Virus record (IMG/VR): IMGVR_UViG_3300020045_009164
Span: 1 to 64,000 of that record
Origin: a virus
Taxonomy: Duplodnaviria > Caudoviricetes
Reading direction: 5' to 3' (one strand)
DNA length: 64,000 nt
Shown here: piece after piece, positions 43,501 to 52,400 of the stretch
How positions within the stretch are numbered: position 1 is the stretch's first letter
Layout of the letters: each line of letters opens with the position of its first letter
Made by a program: the position numbers and the translations under genes
The notes under the pieces: model-generated
Database searches by the model: none
Seen by the model: the letters and a program-made list of their open reading frames with translations, nothing else
Told to the model about the DNA's origin: nothing

Positions 43501-43708
43501 CTTTGTGCCTCAGATACTTCTTACTTTTCAATGCCCACCAGTCGTATTGCATGATAACTAACCCAGCTGTAAAGACCATCATGGCCCCTAAGACTTCGTA
43601 TTCATTACGATCAAAACAGACACAGGTGGCTAACAGTACCAACAACAGGGCTGAGTTATAGACTAACCAAGTAGCCAGGAGTTGACAGAGGAGTTCTTTG
43701 TTCGGCAT
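43493..43708 (-). CDS. membrane protein (2 TM)
   Basis: Two hydrophobic helices; basic C-terminus. Confidence 0.7.
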   Translation of the reverse strand: MPNKELLCQLLATWLVYNSALLLVLLATCVCFDRNEYEVLGAMMVFTAGLVIMQYDWWALKSKKYLRHKVG

Positions 43709-44023
43709 TTATTCTCTCCCAATGAGGTTTCTAATCATACTGAAGCCCTCAGCTGAGAGTAGGAACCGTACTATGTTGAGGCTTATAACACCAGCGGTGA
43801 AGCTGCCAGCATAAGGAAGAACTTCAGAAGACGATATGGTTGTGACCCAATGGCCAGCTATTATTCCTATAGGCATGGCAACGAAGAGGATTCTACCTAC
43901 CTCCCCCCACCAAGAGACTCTAGGATCGTTACTGGTTCCAGTAACGATCCTAGCTATACCACCACTAGCAGCGAGGAGTCCGAACACTGCTTCAATATCA
44001 AGTCCCGGTATTTTATCAAACAT
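43709..44023 (-). CDS. putative holin (3 TM)
   Basis: Three hydrophobic segments; lies upstream of the endolysin. Confidence 0.6.
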   Translation of the reverse strand: MFDKIPGLDIEAVFGLLAASGGIARIVTGTSNDPRVSWWGEVGRILFVAMPIGIIAGHWVTTISSSEVLPYAGSFTAGVISLNIVRFLLSAEGFSMIRNLIGRE

Positions 44024-44068
44024 TATGGCTCCGATAGTAGATTAGTTTATAGGAGCATTATACCATAA

Positions 44069-44302
44069 CTACTTTTTGAAAACTCCAGATTTGTTCAGAG
44101 CAGCAACCACAACACTGATTACTTTTTCAAGCATTGGCCAGATCTCAGAGACTCCTTCGTAGGTGGCTGTGAGGATCTCTTTAACAGCCTCCAGCTTCTC
44201 CTTTCCCTTACCAGAACCTTCCGGCCAGATCTCATTTTCAACTACCTTGAGTACTGCTACCAAGGCTGGGATCAATTGTAAAACTTTCAAGATTTTGTCC
44301 AT
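44069..44302 (-). CDS. small amphipathic protein, holin-like (GKGKEKLEAV)
   Basis: Resembles the G.EK motif of LL-H-type holins; context. Confidence 0.5.
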   Translation of the reverse strand: MDKILKVLQLIPALVAVLKVVENEIWPEGSGKGKEKLEAVKEILTATYEGVSEIWPMLEKVISVVVAALNKSGVFKK

Positions 44303-44356
44303 CTGAATAATCTCCTTATGGCTTTTAATATTTTCTCATCCCATTTAAGCGGTAGC

Positions 44357-44659
44357 TTAAACGTTACCTTCACCCCTGCTTTCAGCAGTGATTTTTTCGA
44401 TTCCGTGTCTAATTCCAATTCCTTTTACCCCAGCTGAGATCATGTAGAAGCCGCCAGTTAAAGCGGCTAGTGACACCTCAACATCAATTTCAGGAGTGAG
44501 GCCGAGATCTGGATAGGCGTAACTGATCAGTCCTACAAGGCCAGCTATGAGAGAGCCTATACCTGTGAGGATCTCTCCTGCTGCTCCCACATAAGCCTTC
44601 TTGCCATCAAACCTGTTGGCTAGGTATTTAATTCCTAGACTTACTAAGATCTTGTTCAT
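44357..44659 (-). CDS. membrane protein (2 TM)
   Basis: Hydrophobic G/A-rich helices. Confidence 0.7.
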   Translation of the reverse strand: MNKILVSLGIKYLANRFDGKKAYVGAAGEILTGIGSLIAGLVGLISYAYPDLGLTPEIDVEVSLAALTGGFYMISAGVKGIGIRHGIEKITAESRGEGNV

Positions 44660-45321
44660 TCAACTACCTCTGGAACTACCTCTGGAGTTACAATTTCTTC
44701 AGGAACTTCCTCTTCCAAAACTTCTTCCTCAGGAGGTGGAACATTAGTAGTGGAGTTGGAATCTACAGGCTCTATGGTCCCGTCACCAGTGCTGACCTGA
44801 GTCTGATTGACGTTGGTAGTATTCTTTGTACTGCTGTCGTTTATATCGTTGCCAGCAGTGCTAACATCCCCACCAGCTGTAGTCTTATTTCCGCTTATCT
44901 TATCACCAGCCGCCCCCATGAGAGAGTCAGCCAGCTTAACAGCTCCAGTGGTGAGTATTCCAACAGTGGCTACGCTCTTAACATCAGATGAGTATTGCCT
45001 CTTCGTCTTGCCTTGTTCCTGCGCCCACACAATATAGGCGTCCCATACATTTGTTCCAGGCTTACAGACATTCTGGTTTTTACCAAAAACATCCTTCACC
45101 ATGGACATAGTCTCCCGGTGCATCAAGGCATAGGCTTTGTCGTTACTAGCCAAGCTGTCATACTTTTCAAGCTCTTTCCCTTCTTTGTCCTGCACCCATT
45201 TTAGGCAGTCACTGACAGAAGAATCAGCCGTAGCTGGCAAGTCCTTGGCCATGTCCACAGGGGATTTAATAGAGCAGCCAGTCACCAACACCAAAATAAC
45301 AGCCAGTAAAGTTGTTTTCAT
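44656..45321 (-). CDS. lipoprotein
   Basis: MKTTLLAVILVLVTGC lipobox; acidic E/V/P tail. Confidence 0.8.
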   Translation of the reverse strand: MKTTLLAVILVLVTGCSIKSPVDMAKDLPATADSSVSDCLKWVQDKEGKELEKYDSLASNDKAYALMHRETMSMVKDVFGKNQNVCKPGTNVWDAYIVWAQEQGKTKRQYSSDVKSVATVGILTTGAVKLADSLMGAAGDKISGNKTTAGGDVSTAGNDINDSSTKNTTNVNQTQVSTGDGTIEPVDSNSTTNVPPPEEEVLEEEVPEEIVTPEVVPEVVE

Positions 45322-45340
45322 TTTGTCTCCTTCCTCCTTG

Positions 45341-45847
45341 TTAAGCCGCTACTGCTTTGATGACTGCGAAGTTCAGCGTGATTGCTTCAGCCAAAGCACC
45401 GACTGACAGGTTAGCCAAGGTAATATGACAAGAGCCAGTTGCCACACCATCAACGGAAATTTGGTAGGAGCTGACAGTAGCCACGCCTTTGATACAGACT
45501 ACGACAACGTCCGTAGCAGCGATGGTTGAGTTGGTGAGAGTAAAACCAACTTCAGCACCAGCAGCCAATTCAGCAGCGTGCATAGTGATAGTTCCACAGG
45601 TCTTATTCAGAGTTACTGCTGTGGTCTTGTCAGTCCCTTGAGTGACAGTCCCACCAGCACCAGTGGCATATCCCAAATTACCAGTGGCTGTGACGTTAGT
45701 TCCAGCTACAGAACCAGCCAGAGTAGCCCCTGTAATGGTTGGGGTAGTGATGGTACAGCCTGATAAGGTACAACCAGTCAAGGTTGAGGTTATCATGGTA
45801 CATGCTTCGAGTGCTGCTTTAAGACTTCCTGGCCAGTTGAATCTCAT
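45341..45847 (-). CDS. putative virion or tail-fibre-associated protein
   Basis: T/G/A-rich beta composition; late cluster. Confidence 0.65.
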   Translation of the reverse strand: MRFNWPGSLKAALEACTMITSTLTGCTLSGCTITTPTITGATLAGSVAGTNVTATGNLGYATGAGGTVTQGTDKTTAVTLNKTCGTITMHAAELAAGAEVGFTLTNSTIAATDVVVVCIKGVATVSSYQISVDGVATGSCHITLANLSVGALAEAITLNFAVIKAVAA

Positions 45848-45871
45848 TGTTGATCACCTTTTGTTTTGATT

Positions 45872-46525
45872 TTATTTAGTGGACTCTGTCCTGCTTCCAA
45901 GAGAGTCTCTCTCATAATGCATGTCTATGAAAGTGGCGTTGATGTTACCAGCCACGGCGTCAGTACGTGTCAGCTTAACTTGAATAACAGAAGACAAAGA
46001 TAAGCCTGTAGTATCTATAGATCCAAGGTTGGTAATTTGGTTGATAGTTCCACTGGTGTAAGGGAAGGCGTTAGTGGTTTCTCCAGAATTAACCACAACA
46101 TTAGAAGACCAAGCTGTTGCCTTAGCCCCTCCACAACTCTGCTTTCTGTACTTCCAGGTAAACTGCCTAGCTGTTGAATCTTTTTGCTCCCAATGGATAT
46201 GGAACTTCAGCATGGAGTCAACCTTCGTAGCGTGTCTCAACTGGTAGACCTGTGTAACAAGATCTGAGTTGTTGGCTATGTTACCGTTAGGAGCTAGAGT
46301 TACACACAACTCACCCCAATCATAGTCTGCTGTACCAGGGGTTGAGAACAGGTTGTCACCATTTAAGGGTTCAGATATATCCTCCCAGACTGTTGCTGTA
46401 CCACCAAGGTTTAAGAAGCCATCTTCACCTATAGATAGGTTAGAAGAGGCTGCTCCAACACTGAATTTCTCCGCTGAGGAATCGTAAAGGATAGCTTTTA
46501 ACTTTCCTGGCCAAGTAAATATCAT
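45872..46525 (-). CDS. putative virion protein
   Basis: Late cluster; shares the N-terminal M.F.WPG.LKA with 45341-45847. Confidence 0.65.
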   Translation of the reverse strand: MIFTWPGKLKAILYDSSAEKFSVGAASSNLSIGEDGFLNLGGTATVWEDISEPLNGDNLFSTPGTADYDWGELCVTLAPNGNIANNSDLVTQVYQLRHATKVDSMLKFHIHWEQKDSTARQFTWKYRKQSCGGAKATAWSSNVVVNSGETTNAFPYTSGTINQITNLGSIDTTGLSLSSVIQVKLTRTDAVAGNINATFIDMHYERDSLGSRTESTK

Positions 46526-46926
46526 GGAAACTCCCGCCTCATAATTCTGTCATATTCACTCTGAGAGATCAGGCCAATTGCAAGCAGATAACCCATACCC
46601 TGCTTCGGCCCGCCAACTGCGTCGTCAAAGTCAATCACATCGGCTGAGTTGAGTAGGTCCAAGAAATCGAATATTATTGGGTCAGTGCCTGCCGCTGCCC
46701 TGATTGCCAGCCGCAACTCTGTGCCTATGAGTCGCTTGAATGCGTAGGGGGATAGTTGTGCTGGGCCAACAGGGGCGGGTGGAACGTATTCGGGAAATTC
46801 CAAATCTCCTGAATAATCAGCGACGATAAACTCTCCAATTATATCTGTATTTGCAAATAGCGAAATATCGTCAGGGTAGACGATCAGGCTCTCGTTTTTC
46901 ACGAGTGGGAAATATATTCTTTTCAT
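46522..46926 (-). CDS. putative tail fibre assembly protein
   Basis: LSPYAFKRLI...FLDLLNSADVIDFDD pattern, seen next to phage fibre genes. Confidence 0.55.
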   Translation of the reverse strand: MKRIYFPLVKNESLIVYPDDISLFANTDIIGEFIVADYSGDLEFPEYVPPAPVGPAQLSPYAFKRLIGTELRLAIRAAAGTDPIIFDFLDLLNSADVIDFDDAVGGPKQGMGYLLAIGLISQSEYDRIMRREFP

Positions 46927-46930
46927 CTCA

Positions 46931-47773
46931 TCAGCTCCCTACGTGTTTGAATGTTGATGGTAGGCCAAGGCTGACCATGAATTCGTTTATTCCTCGGTAA
47001 AAATCTGCTACCGGGAAATAACATAATGTTGACCTGTCTCCGAAATAACCACTTGAAAGCTGACTTGCATAAACATAACTTCCGAATCTGACAAAACCTT
47101 GGTTGCTACCGTAGTTCGTAGACGCATATGGGTTAAACATTCGGAAAACTACACCGTTAGCCGAAGATAACCCAGACCCGATAAACATATTGTGATGGGT
47201 CATATTGTCAGTAGTTGACCTGCTCATCCTGGCCATCAAAAACTCAGATTCGCCCATATCGGCAAGCGATGAGTAAACTCCTGTTGTGATATCAACAGAG
47301 AGTTTTTTGTTGTATCCGTATATTGTGAGAGTGTTGCCGCTTAGAGTTTGCCACCCAAAATCTGAAAGATAAAAAACTATATCAGCAGACAATTGCTGTG
47401 CTGCTGCTGGCGTAGTCCCAGCGCCCGTAGCTATATTGATGCTGATAAACCTGATGGTGTCTGGAGTTGTGCTGGTTTCCACTGCCGTGACGTACAGTTT
47501 CCCCGCCGCTTTGTCGTAGTAAAACGCCCCTGGAGCCAGATAATCAGAAAGGGCTAAACCAGTGGTTATGGCATATGTCCACTGCACTACGGCTGCTGAA
47601 TTATATCTGACAATAGTTGTCGCGTTTATCATTTGGATATACGAGCTGTCCCCTAATTCCAAATCAAACCCCGAAAAACATGGTTGTGACGGCTCTTTAA
47701 ACCTGACGTTCTGGAATTGCAGGCATGGTATCCCAGAGTATTTTTTTGTTGGCGCTGTCGCTATCCTCCCCAT
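46931..47773 (-). CDS. putative tail fibre or receptor-binding protein
   Basis: Aromatic, beta-rich; position in the tail tip cluster. Confidence 0.5.
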   Translation of the reverse strand: MGRIATAPTKKYSGIPCLQFQNVRFKEPSQPCFSGFDLELGDSSYIQMINATTIVRYNSAAVVQWTYAITTGLALSDYLAPGAFYYDKAAGKLYVTAVETSTTPDTIRFISINIATGAGTTPAAAQQLSADIVFYLSDFGWQTLSGNTLTIYGYNKKLSVDITTGVYSSLADMGESEFLMARMSRSTTDNMTHHNMFIGSGLSSANGVVFRMFNPYASTNYGSNQGFVRFGSYVYASQLSSGYFGDRSTLCYFPVADFYRGINEFMVSLGLPSTFKHVGS

Positions 47774-48075
47774 CAGATCACCTCCTCGACACCAGCCAGA
47801 GTATAGTCAATATCAACATCAGACTGGACCTTCAGGATAGCGTCAGCGGGCAGCATCTCTTTTGTCCTGATAAACGGTGCGCCGTAAGTTATGACTAATC
47901 CGTGCTCTAAAAATGAGGTCATAGCCCCATTGACCACAGAGATATTTACCGTTGCTTCACCGGCTGATGTTTTGCACAGGTTTAGATCCACGATAGCATT
48001 TTTGCCAGTTGATATAGTCCTGACTGTGGTGAGTACGCCAGCTGCGGCAGTACCGTTATTGAAAACAAAGCTCAT
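47773..48075 (-). CDS. putative tail protein
   Basis: Coupled ORF in the tail tip cluster. Confidence 0.6.
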   Translation of the reverse strand: MSFVFNNGTAAAGVLTTVRTISTGKNAIVDLNLCKTSAGEATVNISVVNGAMTSFLEHGLVITYGAPFIRTKEMLPADAILKVQSDVDIDYTLAGVEEVI

Positions 48076-48509
48076 TATCTCCCCCCTTGGAAAAACGAAT
48101 TAAATGACATGAATTTTAATTGTGATGTGAGTTTTACCCAGTTTCCGGTTATGGATGTCACTGGGTTATCGTCCAGCACCCCAGTTCCCACGCATCTGTA
48201 GGTATTACCGTCAGTGCAGACTACAGCGTCAGGGAAATCATAAGTTGTGGCACCGCTATAGACTGCAACATTGGCGGCGGCTATTGCAGCTGTGCTGGCA
48301 GAAGCAGCTTCAGCAGCCGCCACCACTGCACCTGTAGCCAGTGACTGCATAGTCAATAGCGTGGAGTTTATCTGAGATATAACTGTGTTAACTTCACTTT
48401 GTAAAACCACCATAGCAGCCAGGAACAAGTCACTCTCTGTTGAGAAAGTACTTGGCCTAGTCCTGTTAGGGGACGGTGGCATAGTGGTTAGAATTTGTGT
48501 GATCGCCAT
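48075..48509 (-). CDS. putative tail protein with short C-terminal carbohydrate-binding-like motif
   Basis: YSGATTYDFPDAVVCTDGNTY...NP....W. Confidence 0.6.
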   Translation of the reverse strand: MAITQILTTMPPSPNRTRPSTFSTESDLFLAAMVVLQSEVNTVISQINSTLLTMQSLATGAVVAAAEAASASTAAIAAANVAVYSGATTYDFPDAVVCTDGNTYRCVGTGVLDDNPVTSITGNWVKLTSQLKFMSFNSFFQGGR

Positions 48510-48539
48510 AAGTGTATTAATCTCCTTATACTAATCGGT

Positions 48540-49445
48540 TTATGTTAACCCTTCCACTTCAATACTACAAGAACTTTCTTGGGCGTAGGGTATCACCACT
48601 GAAAAACTCTTGTAAAACCCATAGATAACTAAAGGAGAGGAGAGGTATTGAGCGTCGGTTGGTATCCAAATAACAGCTGTATCCGTGTAGCCTATGAGAG
48701 TGTTTAAGACGAATTCCATCTGGCTGTTGTCTAGTACTATATCAAAGTCTCCTCTCTTAGCAAAAGCTCTTGGGAGTATGGTGAAGTTACCAAAATCATC
48801 AACTGTTTTAACAGAGTAACTGGTTATTCCAACACTTGCTCCAAACTGAGTACAGCCCAAAAAGGCCGTTGTACCGATAACCATCTCGCCGCACTTAGCA
48901 GTCTCACCTGTAAAATCCACAGTGACATCAACAGTAGCGCCACTGTACGGGGGTATGTATGTTATTAGGTTCTTAGTATAAAGAAATGGCTCAAAGAAGT
49001 AGGAGAAGGCGTCTACAACATTACTGGTACTGATCAGGTCTATAGTATTGTTGTAAACCTCCCCATCAGCTGGGTCTGTAACTACTATGGTTACAGAGGC
49101 AGCATCTATGTTCATCAAGGACAAGGTCGTAGCCCCGCTGGACAACAGAGATACTTCAATGGTGTCAGCGTTGGAAGTCTGTACCCCAACCACACCATCA
49201 AACATTTTGTGAGCATTAGTAGCTCCAATGTCCAACCAGTAAGGAGTAGCTCCGGTAAGATAATCAGGAGGGTACTTACCAGAGGCGGATATCAAAGCCT
49301 CATAGATCCTGTGGGTGGCTACGACAATTACTTTATCACCAATACTGTAAGTTGTACCGATCACCCAAGCTGCGTGATCGGTTTCAGCCACGTTAGTACT
49401 AAGTAAGACGGAGTCTGTTACTACTATAGGTCTAACTATTTTCAT
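48540..49445 (-). CDS. putative distal tail or tail tip protein
   Basis: Directly after the tape measure; W.IGTTYSIGD CBM-like motif; YSVKTVDDFG. Confidence 0.65.
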   Translation of the reverse strand: MKIVRPIVVTDSVLLSTNVAETDHAAWVIGTTYSIGDKVIVVATHRIYEALISASGKYPPDYLTGATPYWLDIGATNAHKMFDGVVGVQTSNADTIEVSLLSSGATTLSLMNIDAASVTIVVTDPADGEVYNNTIDLISTSNVVDAFSYFFEPFLYTKNLITYIPPYSGATVDVTVDFTGETAKCGEMVIGTTAFLGCTQFGASVGITSYSVKTVDDFGNFTILPRAFAKRGDFDIVLDNSQMEFVLNTLIGYTDTAVIWIPTDAQYLSSPLVIYGFYKSFSVVIPYAQESSCSIEVEGLT

Positions 49446-52400
49446 ATGGTCCTCGTATCAGGCATACCGTTGCCGTCCCAGTCTTTCAGTTTAGTAGCTG
49501 TAGCAGCCGTATTTTTGGCTATGGCAAAGGCATTAGCCTTCGCCTCAGCTCTCATCGCCCGGACCTCTTGAATCAATTCCTTCATACTAAAGCCAACCTC
49601 CTCCATAACATCCTTAGTGGATACATTGACCATCTCACCAGCAGTGAGTCTAAGTCCTGGGAACTCCAGGTTATCATCACCAGCTGGGCCTGAGGCAACG
49701 AAATTACCACCTGTGGCAAAGCCGTTTATTACTGGATCTACAGATATTGACGGCCTGTCTTGCACAGGGTCAGTGACAAGAAGTATTTCAGCACTTTCTT
49801 CAGCGGCCCTGGCAGCAGCGGCATTTGCTGCTTGTAAAGCTGTCAGGTATCCTCTAGTCAAAGCTACTTGCTCAAGCAAGAGATCCCGCTGCTCTTCGAA
49901 CAAGGTGTTAGCGGCTAGTGCTACTTCCTGCTGTGCCTCGAATTGCTTCTGAGCTTCTTCAAGTGACAGTTCAGCTACCTCTTCAACTCCTAAGATAGCA
50001 TTGAGCTGGTCGTCGTAAGCCTCAAGATAGGCTTCGTATCTCTCTTCTTCAGCTAATACGTCAGCGTCATACTGAGTCTCAGCCTGAGCTATCTGGGCCT
50101 CAAGGCTGGCCACCATTTGTTCATCAAGGGTAAGCTGTGTTTCAGCTGCTCCTTTAAGATCATCCAACATGATTGAAGTCCTAAGGAAAGACCTCTGGTA
50201 GTCTACAGCTGTGGCATACTTATCTTTGTTAAAGTCTGTAGCAGATGAGACTGTCTCATCAAGCCCCTCAGATATGTCACCAGTCTGTGACCTTCTTAGT
50301 AAATCAGCTTGAGCATTGGCGAAAGATAGATCAGCCAGTAGCTCATCAGCAAACATCTTCTCTATGGCTGATGTCACAGAGGAGAGAGCGTCTTCAGTGT
50401 TGGCCAGAGAGTCACTAGCCTCATCTAAAGAGGTATTTAAGGATTCCATTAAGGAGTCGAAGGCATCCTCAAGGGCCTGGACATTACTTTCGTAATCCAA
50501 ACTAGCAGCTTCTTTGAGTACATCAAAAGCTCCAGAAAGAGCTGTTTGAGCCTCGTCAGCTTTCTTCTCCAGCTCATTAATATCGAGTTGCCACAGCTCC
50601 AGGGCCGCTTGTGTTCTTAGAGCGCTGAGTTCAGCTTCACTGGCCTCAAGCTCAATAGCCGCTGCTACACTTTCTTCCAGCGCTTTGTTGACTGCCTGAA
50701 CACTCTGCTCGTAGTCTGTGAGGTCCATACTATCGATGGTGGCCATCACTGATTCAAGCATGTTAGACAGACCGTCCAGCCTATCTAATTCATACTCAGC
50801 TCTAAGATCCTTGATCTCCATAACCCTGGCTGCTTCAATGAGAGCTAGGTCTTCTTCAGTGGCAGAAAGTTCTTTGAGGTTCTCTATAGCTTTGTCATAA
50901 GACTCATTGAGGTCTTTCAGAGCTATATCCAAATCGCTCATGTTAGCTGTGTCGAACATCTCCTTACTGTCTTCCAGTATGGCATCAATGTCTTCTCTAT
51001 TGGCATCATACAGATCTTGGAGTGCAATTGCTCTAGCGGCCTCCAGAACAGCTAGGTCAGCCTCAGTAGCTGAGAGTTCAACCAGCTCCTCATTAGTGTC
51101 ATCAAAGGATTTGTTGAGGTCCCTAAGCGCCATGTCCAGATCACTAACAGTCTCTGAGTCTATGAGTTCTTTGCTGCTCTCAAGAATGTTGTCAATGTCC
51201 TCTCTGTTAGCGTCATACAAGTCTTGGATGGCTATGGCTCTCGCTGCCTCAACCACAGCTAAGTCCTCTTGAGAGGCTACTAGATCGTTCATCTCCTCAA
51301 TAGTTTCGTCGTAGGACTTGTTGAGGTCTTGGAGAGAAAGATCCAAATCACTAATGGTTTGCTCGTCAACGAGGCGCTGACTGTCTTCTTTTAAGCTATC
51401 AATTTCTTCACGATTGGCATCTATGAGTTCTTGTATAGCAAGTTCCTCAGCAGCGCGAATTATGGCTAGGTCTTCTTCAGCACCTGCCACACCCTTGAGC
51501 ATAGCAATCTGTTCGGCGTAAGACTCTTTAGTCTCAGTGAGTTCTCTGATGTAGTCAGAAACTCCACTGAACCTAAGCATATCAGCAGCATCTTCCACAG
51601 CCGACAGAGCGTCTTCAATACCTGATGTAGAGACGTAAGCTGCTGACAAACTGGTTATGGCATCTATCGCTTCTTGGGTGGCTGTTGACCCTCCTCCAGC
51701 AAAGTCTTTATTAATCCTCCCCAGCAGAGCCGCGTATTTTTTAGCAGATTTCTTATTTACGACAAACTCCCCTCCCATCCCGTAATGGTCAGTATTACCA
51801 GCAGAGCCAAGATAAACGTCGTCTTCATAACCAGATCCTTGTTTGATCCACCCACCCTGTGTGTTCTTACCTAACCAACCACCTGCGGCATGACCCCATT
51901 TGTCGTTGTAAGTGTCATCCCAAACAAGTGTTGATGGGTCTTTTTCAAACCAGTTACCGCCCTCATCTGCGTCATAGGCGTCTTCAGACCACCCGTAGGC
52001 CCCTGCCATAATTGTGGTTGTGTCGTAGACTATATCTTCAGCAGCAGAAGTAGCAAAATCAGCGAAGTCAGTAGTACCTGTCTTCATCATCTCAAAGGCT
52101 ATGGCTACTTCGTCAGCAGCGGATGGGAATCCTGCTAGTTCAGCTGCGTACTCAGCTGCTGCCTCAGCTGCTGCCCTGGTGGTTGGGTTAAGCTCCTCCA
52201 TGGTGGCCATCATATCCTCCCAAACTTTACGGGAGTCAACCCAAGCCTTGGTTGATTGGTCGTATATCTGCATATTCCAATCCATACTATCGACCACTCC
52301 AGTGCCACCATTAACTACGGCCTCAGCAGCTATCATAATCCCATCAGCAGTGCTCAGTGATATAGCCTCAAAATTTGAAAGTTGGTTGTTTAACGCCTGT

